A DNA stretch of 62,884 nucleotides, filler included, from Acidimicrobiia bacterium (lineage in GTDB: Bacteria; Actinomycetota; Acidimicrobiia; Spongiisociales; JAHEDJ01), in the NCBI GenBank assembly GCA_029210695.1. It is 3 parts of 3 records of this genome, joined end to end, with 100 filler letters (N's around TTAATTAATTAA, not from the genome) between each part and the next. Parts side by side here need not be neighbours in the genome. Positions count along the whole stretch, not along the records: positions 24,719 to 49,120 come from JARGFH010000053.1; 2 more parts are not named here. One strand, written 5' to 3'. Position 1 is the stretch's first letter. The number at the start of each line of letters is the position of its first letter. The position numbers and the translations under genes were made by a program. The notes beneath the pieces were generated by a model. That model was not told the DNA's origin, searched no databases, and saw only the letters and a program-made list of their open reading frames with translations. Positions 29,496 to 38,844 of the stretch are shown piece by piece.

Positions 29496-30851
29496 ATGAG
29501 GGATCTGTATCGCGGACGACGGAGCACGTTGGGCATTGCTGCCCTTGTCGTTGCGCTTCTCGCCGCCTTCGCCTTCCTCATGTCCCGATCCGTCGGCGCC
29601 TCTGCCGTTGCCGAGCGATCCCTCACGCTCGACGCGGTGGACCAGGCGCTGGCACATGCGGAGGTAGCTCACGTGCTGGTCGGAGATGCCCTGCTGCTGG
29701 CGGTCGACGTGACCGCAGGGATTGCAGATGCTGATTCGGCTGCGGTCGCCCTCGACGCCGCCAGGCAGCGACTCGGATCCCTCGAAGCTGCCGCCATCGG
29801 CCTAGGCGCAGACGAAAGGTCGGCCGTTGGTCGCTTCACCGGGGCGGCTTTCGCAATGCTCGATACCCTCGATTCCGGTAACCTGGCCGGAGCCAAGGCG
29901 GCCGCCACAGCCGAAGTGACAGGCGCCCACGATACGGCCATGAGCGCGCTTGCGGACAGACGGGCCGTCGAACTCGACGCCATCGCTGCGGTTGGCGATC
30001 AGGCAGGCGCGGTGGCAACCGCCGCTGCGTTCCTCGTTGCACTTGGGATTCCACTGGCCTTGCTGGGGGGGTACCGGATGCTCGCTCGCCGCCAGCTTCG
30101 GAAGTCGGCAGCCGATGCATGGCAAGCCGCAGGTGAAGATGCGTTCCGCGCCAAGGACGAGTTCCTGTCCCATGTATCTCACGAACTCCGCACTCCGCTG
30201 ACGGGCATATCCGGTTTCGCCCATGTGCTCGAGGAAGGGTCGCTTTTCGACCCGGTTACCGGTCTAGAACTGGTCAATCTGATCATCGGTCAGGCGGCTG
30301 AGTTGAGCCGGATGGTTGACGATCTCCTCGTCGCTTCCCGGCTCGATTCGAACTCCCTATCCATCGAGATCGAAGCTCTTGATCTGTCTTCAGAGATCAG
30401 TGCCGTCATTCCCGCCTTCGAGCGCTACGGGTCCAGCATCCCGGTGTATTGCCCGAACCTCCGGGTGCTCGCCGACCCACTCCGGCTTCGGCACCTGCTG
30501 CGGAGCCTGCTCGCCAATGCCACCAATCACGGTGAGCCGCCTTTGCATGTTCGCGTCACCCCCGCCGGCGAAACCGTCGAGATAGCGGTCATCGACAACG
30601 GAAACGGTGTCTCTCCTGAGATGGAGCCGAAGCTGTTCGAGCGTTTCGTGCACAAAGGGGATCAGCCACTGCTCGTTGGAAGCGTCGGGCTCGGACTGGC
30701 AGTCGCTCGTGATCTGGCCAGGAGGATGGGCGGCGACATCAGATACGAGCGCGGCGAGGACACCCGGTTCGTGCTCGAGCTCCTGAAGGCGCCCGACCTC
30801 ACCGCCCTACAACCGGATGACGAGGCCCTCACGGGAGGCAGAAGTGGTTAG
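29496..30851 (+). CDS. Sensor histidine kinase
   Basis: Two TM segments, SHELRTPL H-box, N box, DNGNG, GLGL. Confidence 0.92.
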   Translation: MRDLYRGRRSTLGIAALVVALLAAFAFLMSRSVGASAVAERSLTLDAVDQALAHAEVAHVLVGDALLLAVDVTAGIADADSAAVALDAARQRLGSLEAAAIGLGADERSAVGRFTGAAFAMLDTLDSGNLAGAKAAATAEVTGAHDTAMSALADRRAVELDAIAAVGDQAGAVATAAAFLVALGIPLALLGGYRMLARRQLRKSAADAWQAAGEDAFRAKDEFLSHVSHELRTPLTGISGFAHVLEEGSLFDPVTGLELVNLIIGQAAELSRMVDDLLVASRLDSNSLSIEIEALDLSSEISAVIPAFERYGSSIPVYCPNLRVLADPLRLRHLLRSLLANATNHGEPPLHVRVTPAGETVEIAVIDNGNGVSPEMEPKLFERFVHKGDQPLLVGSVGLGLAVARDLARRMGGDIRYERGEDTRFVLELLKAPDLTALQPDDEALTGGRSG

Positions 30852-32748
30852 GCCCGGCCGCATTTGGATTGCCACCGCCATGGTTCTGGTAGCGACCATC
30901 GGGTCGGCGCTTCCTGCGCTGGCGTCACCCACTTCGCTCACGCTGTCTGCGAGTGTCGTTGACTCGCCCTGGGACGACGGGATCGGGTCGTTCGCGGTAT
31001 TCGTCACCAACGCCGATACGACTGCTATCTCTGGTTTCGATGTGGCTATAACGATCCCCGGCAGTCTGACGGTCGTGACCGCCGGCGGGCACGGTTGGGA
31101 TTGTGGCGTACCGGCACGATCGGTCGACTGCCGTTTCGGCTCTGAGGATCTCGAGACCGGAAGCACCGCAGTCCTCGAGGTTGCTGTGGCGGCAGACGTT
31201 TCCGGTTCTCAGCACGCCACGGTGACGATTCACCTCTCCCATGGCCACAGCCAGGCGAATATGAACCTGAAACTCGATCCGGTTGATCCGGTTGGCCCGG
31301 TTGATCCGGTTGGCCCGGTTGATCCGGTTGGCCCGGTTGATCCGGTTGGCCCGGTTGATCCGGTTGATCCGGTTGATCCGGTTGATCCGGTTGGCCCGGT
31401 TGATCCGGTTGATCCGGTTGATCCGGTTGGCCCGGTTGATCCGGTTGATCCGGTTGGCCCGGTTGATCCGGTTGGCCCGGTTGGCCCGGTTGGCCCGGTT
31501 GGCCCGGTTGGCCCGGTTGGCCCGGTTGGCCCGGTTGATCCGGTTGATCCGGTTGATCCGGTTGGCCCGGTTGATCCGGTTGATCCGGTTGATCCGTTTG
31601 GCCCGGTTGACCAAGCAGGATCTGGTTCGTCCGGTGACCTCGATGACCCGACCGGCCCACCCGGGCCGGCAGAAACGATCGAACCGCCGACCCCGACTGG
31701 AGCCACACCTGCCGACCCGGCCGACCCCGGTGGGCCCGGTGTGCCTGCGGTACCGGCCGATCCTGCTACGCCCACCCATCCGGCCGGCCCGGAACCCGCA
31801 GGGCCAACGCAACCTGCCGACGCCGGCGACCTGCCCGACCCACCAGATCAGGCCGAACCATCCGCGGCGCCCAACCCGCCGCCGGAACCGCCGCCACCCG
31901 TCGGCTCCGATCCGACTCCAGCCGGGTCCCAGGTAGCTGAAGCTCCTGAGCCCCCTCCACCTGTTTCCGCCGGTCTGGTGGACGATGCTGCAAGCGTCCA
32001 AGAAGATGCTTTGGTCACGATCGAGGTTCTCGACAACGACATCAACGTGGTACCCGGCACCCTGGAACTGAACTCACGCCCGGAACACGGCACTGTCTTG
32101 CTCACCGTCGATGGGTTCTTCGTATATGAGCCCTTCCCCAACTATGCGGGCAAGGATGACTTCACATACTCGGCAGCCGGCCCCGATGGGGGTATCAGCC
32201 TGGCGTCCGTCGAGGTATCGGTTCTGTCGGTCAATGACGCACCGATTGTGAGCGATGCAGAGGTTTCCATCACAGAGGACGGCTCTTTTGTCATCGATCT
32301 GCGGCGGTTGGTGGCCGACGCCGACGGCGATGCGCTCGTTCTGGCCTGGGTGACGGACGGCGTGTCCGGAAGTACCACAGACCTCGGCGACGGTCGGGTT
32401 CGCTACCGGCCCGACCCTGATTACTTCGGCGCCGACTCGTTCAGCTTCGAGTGGTGCGACCCGTCGGGTTCCTGCGCGGTAGGCACCATTTCGGTGACGG
32501 TCGGCCCCGCCAATGATGTGGTGCTGGCCGCTCCCACAATCGCCGGTACCGGATCCATGATCTGGTTCATGCCCGAGTCCACGACCGGGGCTGGTACCGC
32601 CTTGGTGACAGGGGTAGTGACCCGGGTCGTAGGTGCTGCAGCCGTCCCCGCAGCCGTCCTTGCACTAGTACTGGCCGGCTCGCTGGGCGTGGGAATCGAG
32701 CCGGGTTTCGGCGCCATGATCGAACGCCTGCTGGCCCGGCGCAGCTAG
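30817..32748 (+). CDS. Secreted/surface protein with Pro-rich repeat linker and tandem Ig/cadherin-like domains
   Basis: Signal peptide, (D/G)PV repeats, [14 protein letters not shown]...Y.G.D.F.Y twice, VNDAP, C-terminal TM; start uncertain. Confidence 0.82.
   Translation: MTRPSREAEVVRPGRIWIATAMVLVATIGSALPALASPTSLTLSASVVDSPWDDGIGSFAVFVTNADTTAISGFDVAITIPGSLTVVTAGGHGWDCGVPARSVDCRFGSEDLETGSTAVLEVAVAADVSGSQHATVTIHLSHGHSQANMNLKLDPVDPVGPVDPVGPVDPVGPVDPVGPVDPVDPVDPVDPVGPVDPVDPVDPVGPVDPVDPVGPVDPVGPVGPVGPVGPVGPVGPVGPVDPVDPVDPVGPVDPVDPVDPFGPVDQAGSGSSGDLDDPTGPPGPAETIEPPTPTGATPADPADPGGPGVPAVPADPATPTHPAGPEPAGPTQPADAGDLPDPPDQAEPSAAPNPPPEPPPPVGSDPTPAGSQVAEAPEPPPPVSAGLVDDAASVQEDALVTIEVLDNDINVVPGTLELNSRPEHGTVLLTVDGFFVYEPFPNYAGKDDFTYSAAGPDGGISLASVEVSVLSVNDAPIVSDAEVSITEDGSFVIDLRRLVADADGDALVLAWVTDGVSGSTTDLGDGRVRYRPDPDYFGADSFSFEWCDPSGSCAVGTISVTVGPANDVVLAAPTIAGTGSMIWFMPESTTGAGTALVTGVVTRVVGAAAVPAAVLALVLAGSLGVGIEPGFGAMIERLLARRS
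31276..31608 (+). repeat. Coding 9-bp tandem repeat, 37 units of GATCCGGTT/GGCCCGGTT
   Basis: Read directly; one variant unit GATCCGTTT. Confidence 0.95.
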
Positions 32749-32986
32749 CGATTCAGCGGCTCGTCGCAGGTGCTTTCTGAGCTGCACCGCCTCCATTTCA
32801 CCGTACTTCGAGATCGAGGGACCGCATCCCACAAGCGTTGCCAACGTGGCTGGAGTCGGAGTGGCCCGTTCGTGTCGGTTGGATTGTCGACGATACGAGC
32901 CACCAAGCAGCACAATTTGGGTCCGCGATGACATTGCTACGACTCGAACCCGGGTACAGGGCAAAGGGCGCGGTAAGATCGAAGGG

Positions 32987-33553
32987 TTGAAGGAGGATGA
33001 CCCGATTTCCCTGCCCGACCTGTTGGCCCTTGCGCGAATCGTGATGACCCCGATCATCATGGCGCTCGTGACGTCGAGTGGTGAGCACGCGTTCGGCGTG
33101 GCCGCAGGCTTGTTCCTGGCAGCGGCGGCAACGGACTTCTTCGATGGATACCTGGCCAGGCGCTGGGATATCACAACGGTTCTCGGGGGTTTCCTCGATT
33201 CGACTGCCGACAAGCTCCTCGTTTCGGGGAGTCTCATCGCACTGGTTTCGATCGATCGCGCCTCGATATGGCCTGTGCTGATCATCATCATGCGCGAGTT
33301 CGCCGTGATGGCCTTACGAAGTATCACGGCGATGGAGGGTCACATCGTCACGCCGTCGATTTGGGGCAAGATCAAAGCGAATGTTCAGTTTGGCGCCATT
33401 TTCTTCGCCATGATGAGATTCGCGGCACCGTGGGGTCCTTTGTTCTTCGATGAGTGGCTCATGTGGCTGGCGGCCGGAGTGGCCGTTGCCTCCGGATGGC
33501 AGTACGCGTCGGGTTTCTGGCATATCGTTCGAAAGGTCGATGCGGAGGCGTGA
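32987..33553 (+). CDS. CDP-alcohol phosphatidyltransferase (PgsA-like)
   Basis: TDFFDGYLARR...GGFLDSTADK motif; start uncertain. Confidence 0.9.
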   Translation: MKEDDPISLPDLLALARIVMTPIIMALVTSSGEHAFGVAAGLFLAAAATDFFDGYLARRWDITTVLGGFLDSTADKLLVSGSLIALVSIDRASIWPVLIIIMREFAVMALRSITAMEGHIVTPSIWGKIKANVQFGAIFFAMMRFAAPWGPLFFDEWLMWLAAGVAVASGWQYASGFWHIVRKVDAEA

Positions 33554-34524
33554 CGATCTTCATCACCGGCGGATCTGGCATCATCGGTCGGGCTCTGGTT
33601 CGGCGGCTTGTTTCGGAAGGGAACACGGTTCGAGCGCTGGCCCGCTCCTCCGAAGCCGCATCCACGCTCCGTCTGCTGGGAGCAGCACCCGTTGAAGGCG
33701 ATCTGACAGACGTTCCGGCTCTCATTGAAGGCATGCGCGGGTCTCTGGCCGTTTTCCACGTGGCAGGCGTCAACGCGATGTGCTTGACCGACCCGACACC
33801 CATGTACAAGGCAAACGTGGATGGGACCAGAAACGTTGTCCGCGCCGCCAACGCCGCCGGGATTCCCCGTCTCGTGTACACCTCATCGGCGGTCGTTCTG
33901 GGTGAGGAGCAGGGTGAAGCCGCCAACGAGCGCAGCATGCATCGCGGCTTCGTGTTGTCGCACTACGAACGATCGAAGGCTCTTGCGGAGCAGGTGGCTT
34001 TCTCAGAAGCCGGCGCCGTTGAGGTTGTTGCAGTCAATCCGTCGTCCGTGCAAGGGCCTGGTCGCGCCACCGGCACCGGAAAGCTGATCCTCGACGTACT
34101 CAATGGTGATCTTCGAGTCCTGGTAGATGCGACGGTGAGCATCGTTGATATCGATGATTGTGTGGAAGGGCATGTGCTGGCGCTGCGTCGAGGGGTGGCA
34201 GGGGAGCGGTACATTCTGAGCGGATTCACGATGAGCACCCGGGCGGCTGTGTCGTTGCTCGAGCGCGTGACCGATCGCAGCTTCTCCCTTCGGTTTGTGC
34301 CTGCCGCGGCGGCATCGATCGGAGGAGGTATCGCCCAGATCGGCTCTCGATTGCGCCGGCGGCAAGCTCCCCTTTGTCGCGAGATGGTCCGGGTTCTACG
34401 GCACGGACACATCTACGACGGCTCGAGGGCAACGAGAGAACTCGGACTCGAATACCGGTCGGCCGTCGACACCCTGCGCCGCACAACCGAGTGGTTTCGA
34501 TCAGAGGGTCTGCTGCGCGGATGA
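33550..34524 (+). CDS. NAD-dependent epimerase/dehydratase (extended SDR)
   Basis: ITGGSGIIG, YTSS, YERSK. Confidence 0.9.
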   Translation: MTIFITGGSGIIGRALVRRLVSEGNTVRALARSSEAASTLRLLGAAPVEGDLTDVPALIEGMRGSLAVFHVAGVNAMCLTDPTPMYKANVDGTRNVVRAANAAGIPRLVYTSSAVVLGEEQGEAANERSMHRGFVLSHYERSKALAEQVAFSEAGAVEVVAVNPSSVQGPGRATGTGKLILDVLNGDLRVLVDATVSIVDIDDCVEGHVLALRRGVAGERYILSGFTMSTRAAVSLLERVTDRSFSLRFVPAAAASIGGGIAQIGSRLRRRQAPLCREMVRVLRHGHIYDGSRATRELGLEYRSAVDTLRRTTEWFRSEGLLRG

Positions 34525-34931
34525 CTCCAAGCCGCGATGACATCAATCGGTTCCTGGTCGAGCAGTTCCCGGCGGCCTCCGGTGTCGAATGCGTGGAGGT
34601 GGGCGAACGCCACGCGATTGCCCGCTGGGCGTACGACCCGTCGACCCTGCGCCCGGGAGGGTTGATCTCGGGCCCGACACAGTTCGCGCTTGCAGACACC
34701 GCGCTGTACTTTGCGGTTTTCGGCGCGATCGGTCTCGAGCCCATGGTCGTGACTAGCGACCTGTCTATCCGGTTTCTCCGCCCGGCGGTGGGCGGAGATC
34801 TCTTCGCCAGGGCCGATCTGCTACACATCGGGCAAGCGAGGATCTACGGCGTTGTGGACTTGTGGGTAGGTGACGATGCCGAACTCAGGGTCTCGCACGC
34901 CACCGGGACCTACGCCCGCTCCGGCAAATGA
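34521..34931 (+). CDS. PaaI-family thioesterase
   Basis: LRPGGLISGPTQFALAD, VTSDLSIRFLRP, ATGTY. Confidence 0.88.
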   Translation: MTPSRDDINRFLVEQFPAASGVECVEVGERHAIARWAYDPSTLRPGGLISGPTQFALADTALYFAVFGAIGLEPMVVTSDLSIRFLRPAVGGDLFARADLLHIGQARIYGVVDLWVGDDAELRVSHATGTYARSGK

Positions 34932-34932
34932 C

Positions 34933-34963
34933 TTGACCCTCACGTTACGTGAGGGTCTATCGT
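34933..34963 (+). promoter_or_regulatory. MerR-type promoter/operator
   Basis: TTGACC-19 bp-TATCGT with perfect dyad GACCCTCACGT-T-ACGTGAGGGTC. Confidence 0.88.
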
Positions 34964-34970
34964 GGAGGCC

Positions 34971-35723
34971 GTGACCTACACGGTGAGCGCAGTCGCGAAG
35001 GCCACGGGGATTACGGTGCGAACGCTGCACCACTACGACGAGATCGGCGTCCTGCATCCGTCCGGGCGGAGCCCATCGGGATATCGGATGTATGACGATG
35101 CCGACCTCGAACGTCTCCAGGAGATCTTGTTCTTCCGCGCCCTTGGTTTCGGTCTCAACGATGTGCGCCGGTCGCTCGCCGATCCCGATCGTCGCGAAAC
35201 GTTGCTTCGGCAGCGACAACTCATGGTGGATCAGGCAGCCCGGTTCCACCAGATGGTGGACACAATCGATAGGGCGCTCGAGGCAATCGATGAAGGGACA
35301 ACGATGAGTAAGGAAGATTTGTTTGAGGTGTTTGGAGATTTCGATCCGGATGAACACGCTGAGGAAGCCCGGGAGCGCTGGGGCGGGACCGACGCATACC
35401 AGGAGTCGCAACGAAGGACCAAGTCGTACGGCAAGGAGCAGTGGAAGGAAGCGCTGGCGGAGGGCAATACGATCGCCGAGGAACTCGCCGCCCTCATGGT
35501 CGGTGGCGATGCTGCCACGGGCGCGGCCGCCATGGATCTGGCGGAGCGACACCGTCAGCACATTACCCGGTGGTTCTATCCATGCCCGTCTGAGATGCAT
35601 GTCGGCCTGGGCGAGATGTACACCACCGACGCCCGCTTCACTGCCTATTGGGACAAGTACCGTTCGGGGTTGGCCGTCTTCGTTCGCGATGCGTTCCGGG
35701 CCAACGCAGAGCGCGGCCGCTAA
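34971..35723 (+). CDS. MerR-family regulator with TipAS domain (TipA/Mta-like)
   Basis: TVRTLHHYDEIG, GYRMY, EARERWG.TDAY.ES, LGEMY..D.RF; GTG 34971 preferred because GTG 34962 overlaps the -10. Confidence 0.92.
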   Translation: MTYTVSAVAKATGITVRTLHHYDEIGVLHPSGRSPSGYRMYDDADLERLQEILFFRALGFGLNDVRRSLADPDRRETLLRQRQLMVDQAARFHQMVDTIDRALEAIDEGTTMSKEDLFEVFGDFDPDEHAEEARERWGGTDAYQESQRRTKSYGKEQWKEALAEGNTIAEELAALMVGGDAATGAAAMDLAERHRQHITRWFYPCPSEMHVGLGEMYTTDARFTAYWDKYRSGLAVFVRDAFRANAERGR

Positions 35724-35783
35724 CCGGCAGTCGTTGGCGGCGTTGGTCTGGATAACCGTCGTGTGCTCCGCTCGTACGGACGA

Positions 35784-37037
35784 ATGTCGTGGTTGACTGG
35801 GGCCATGGAAGGTAACGGTTGGCTCATCGGCTTGCTCGTGGTGGCGTTCGTGCTGGCGGCCTTTGTGGCGGCAGGCGAAACCGCCCTGCTCCGCATGTCT
35901 CCGGTGCGGGCCGCCTCCCTCGCCTCCGGAGGTGACCGGCGTGCGCGTCGAATCGTGGCGCTCCTCGACGATTTGCCGCGCGTCTTGAATGCGGTCCTGC
36001 TCACGGCACTACTCAGTCAGATCGGGGCGGCGACGGTCACAGGAATCCTTGCCCAACGATGGTTCGGGAATCTCGGCGTGACGGTCGCTTCGATCGTGCT
36101 CACCATCTTGCTGTTCGTGTATGCAGAGGCGATTCCGAAGACCTTCGCCGTTCGGCACGCCGATCGTGTGGCATTGATGCTGGCGTCTCCGCTTGCATGG
36201 CTGGAAGTCCTCTTCCGACCGCTGTTACGGGCGCTGGTTTGGTTCGCCGATATCCAGATGCCCGGCAAAGGTGTAACGACGTCGCCAACTGTTACCGAGG
36301 ATGAGCTCCGGCGATTGGCTTCCCGGGCCGCCCGGGAGGGGGAGATCACTCCCGAGGATCAGGTGCTCATCGAGCGAGCATTCAGGCTCGGTGACCGGCG
36401 CGTCGACGACATCATGGTTCCGCGCGCAGACATCGTCTCCGTCCCCGCCGATGCGACAGTCGACGTCGCACTCGCCATCGCTCTCGAAGCCGGACATCGC
36501 CGGATTCCGGTCTACGCAGGGTCACCCGAGAACATCACCGGCATCGTGGGTCTGCGCGACCTCCTGAGGCTTTCCGAGACAAGGCGCGACCTCCTCCAGG
36601 TCTCCGCATTGGCCACCGACCCGCTGGTCGTTCCCGACTCGAAGCGGGTTCTGGACCTGCTGCGGGAGATGCAGGCCAGCCGGATGCATCTGGCGGTGGT
36701 CGTCGATGAGTACGGAGGCACTGCCGGGCTCCTCACCATTGAAGACATCGCTGAGGAACTGCTCGGATCGATGAGCGAGGAACCCGATCGGGTGATCACG
36801 GTCGGAGATGGAGGGTGGTCTGTCGATGCCGCGCTTCCCGTTGAGGATCTCGCTGATCTCATTGGACAGAGCCTTCCGGATGGCGAGTGGAACACTGTTG
36901 CCGGCCTCGTCTACGCGCTGTGCGGCCGGGTTCCTGAAGTCGGTGACGAAGTCCTGGTTGCCGGACACACCCTCAAGGTAGCGAGCAAGCGGCGCCGTCG
37001 GATCACGCGAATCGAAGTGACCCGCTCCGGGGGTTGA
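35784..37037 (+). CDS. Hemolysin/CNNM-CBS-CorC family protein
   Basis: AAGETAL, EAIPKT, IMVPR, VVDEYGGTAGLLTIEDIAEE; start uncertain. Confidence 0.9.
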   Translation: MSWLTGAMEGNGWLIGLLVVAFVLAAFVAAGETALLRMSPVRAASLASGGDRRARRIVALLDDLPRVLNAVLLTALLSQIGAATVTGILAQRWFGNLGVTVASIVLTILLFVYAEAIPKTFAVRHADRVALMLASPLAWLEVLFRPLLRALVWFADIQMPGKGVTTSPTVTEDELRRLASRAAREGEITPEDQVLIERAFRLGDRRVDDIMVPRADIVSVPADATVDVALAIALEAGHRRIPVYAGSPENITGIVGLRDLLRLSETRRDLLQVSALATDPLVVPDSKRVLDLLREMQASRMHLAVVVDEYGGTAGLLTIEDIAEELLGSMSEEPDRVITVGDGGWSVDAALPVEDLADLIGQSLPDGEWNTVAGLVYALCGRVPEVGDEVLVAGHTLKVASKRRRRITRIEVTRSGG

Positions 37038-37077
37038 GGCGCTCTGCGTAGGCCGACCAACGCTCGAGCACCGATCC

Positions 37078-38844
37078 CTACCTCTGGATTTGTCCCCCGG
37101 CGCTCATCGTCCCGGTCGCCCAATCGGCGTGCAATGAGGCGTACACGCCGCCGGCGGCGAGAAGATCCTGGTGCCGGCCCCGCTCCACCAGTAGACCCCG
37201 GTCGAATACCAGCACCTCGTCGGCTGCTTCTGCGGTGGCGAGACGGTGGGCAATGGTGATCGCCGTTCTTCCCTGGGTGAGACGCTCCATCGCCCGGCGT
37301 AGCTGAACGTCGAGCACCGGATCGACGGCCGACGTCGCTTCGTCGAGCACGAGAACGTCCGGCACGGAGATCCAGGCCCGCACCAGCGCCACGAGTTGCC
37401 GCTCACCGGCCGAGAGGTCGCTGCCCCGTTCGCCGACTGATGAGCCCAGGCCGTCCGGGAGGCGGTCGAGCCAACCGTCGAGCCCAAGCTCGACGAAGGC
37501 CGTGCGCAGCTCGCGGTCCGTTGCGTCCGGTTTCCCGTACCGGATGTTGTCCGCCACTGTTCCTTCGAACAGGAAGCCCTCCTGAGGTACGAACGCCACC
37601 CGGTGGCGGAGCGAGGCGAACGAGATGCGATTGAGTGCAACTCCTCCGATTGCTATGGATCCGGAGGTCGGCTCGAGCAGGCGCACGGCCAGCTTGGCGA
37701 AGGTCGTCTTCCCCGATCCTGTCTCGCCGACGATGGCCACACGCGCCCCCGCCTGGACCCTCGCGCTCAGCGCCCGGAGCACTTCGGGGCCCTCACCGTA
37801 TCGAAATGAAACGTCGGTGAAGCGCACGTCGAGCGCTCCGGGCGGTAGCGCCAGCCCATCAACGGGATCGGGGATCTCCACCTCCGAGTGGATCTCACCG
37901 AGGATCCGTCGCATTCCCGATGCGGCCGATTGGGCGGTCTCCAGTACCTCGACCATCATTTGCACCGGTTCGGTCAGGAGGTTGACCAGGAACAGGAATG
38001 CCAGCAGGCGACCGGGTGTCGTCTCGAACGCCAGGCCGGCTGCCACAACTGCGGCCATCAAGATGCCTGCGAACAGTTCGGCCGAACTGAACAGGATGTT
38101 GCCGAACCGCATCGTCTTGTACTCAGACTGGAATCGATCCTCGAGCACCTCGGCCACTCTGTCCTGTGTGGCTCGCTCGACTCCATAGGCGCGGACCACG
38201 GGAATGGCCGAGATCGCTTCGGACAGGACTGCCAGGCTGTTGGCGACCCGCCGCCGGACCCGGTCGTAGCTGCGCTGGAGAACGCGCTGGAACCAGATCA
38301 TGAGCACCGCGTAGAGAAGGATCCCGATCGTCACGAGAAGCGCTATTCGCCACTCGTAAACGTACATCGCTCCCAGCGCCAGGAAGACCTGTGATCCGGA
38401 GGTGAGCAACCCGACCCCTCCCCAATCCATGAAGCCTTGGAGGGTTGCGATGTCGGTGGTGACCCTCGAGACGAGGGACCCACGGCGCTCGGCGTCGACG
38501 TGGAGGACCGAGCGTTTCATGAGGTGAGCGAAGGTCAACTGGCGGAGGTCGGAGAGGCCGGTAGAGGAGGCCTTCACCAGTCGGACCAGGGCGGCGCGCC
38601 CCACCCAGGTTCCGAGCACGAGGGCGGCGGCCGCCATTGCCACTCGGGCTCCCACGCTGCTGAGGTTGATCTCAATGGGAGTCAGCAGTTCGTCGTCGAT
38701 GATCTGTTGCAGGGCGATCGGGACGATGATCTGAATGGCCGTTCCGGCCGCCGCCATCAGCACGGTCAACCCGAGCCCGCGCCGCAAAACGGGCGCTTCC
38801 TTTAGGGCCTGTCGCAGAACCCTGAGGGTTCGTTCGTCCTTCAC
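37078..38844 (-). CDS. ABC exporter, TMD-NBD subunit
   Basis: GETGSGKTT, LSAGERQ, LDEATS, IAHRL. Confidence 0.93.
   Translation of the reverse strand: MKDERTLRVLRQALKEAPVLRRGLGLTVLMAAAGTAIQIIVPIALQQIIDDELLTPIEINLSSVGARVAMAAAALVLGTWVGRAALVRLVKASSTGLSDLRQLTFAHLMKRSVLHVDAERRGSLVSRVTTDIATLQGFMDWGGVGLLTSGSQVFLALGAMYVYEWRIALLVTIGILLYAVLMIWFQRVLQRSYDRVRRRVANSLAVLSEAISAIPVVRAYGVERATQDRVAEVLEDRFQSEYKTMRFGNILFSSAELFAGILMAAVVAAGLAFETTPGRLLAFLFLVNLLTEPVQMMVEVLETAQSAASGMRRILGEIHSEVEIPDPVDGLALPPGALDVRFTDVSFRYGEGPEVLRALSARVQAGARVAIVGETGSGKTTFAKLAVRLLEPTSGSIAIGGVALNRISFASLRHRVAFVPQEGFLFEGTVADNIRYGKPDATDRELRTAFVELGLDGWLDRLPDGLGSSVGERGSDLSAGERQLVALVRAWISVPDVLVLDEATSAVDPVLDVQLRRAMERLTQGRTAITIAHRLATAEAADEVLVFDRGLLVERGRHQDLLAAGGVYASLHADWATGTMSAGGQIQR

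Noticed and set aside
30925..32001. Alternative-frame repeat ORFs (RIN/RAN, QPD/QPG, TGS/TGP, RLI/RLA)
   Set aside because: Stop-free by-products of the 9-bp repeat; only the DPV/GPV frame joins a signal peptide to Ig-like domains
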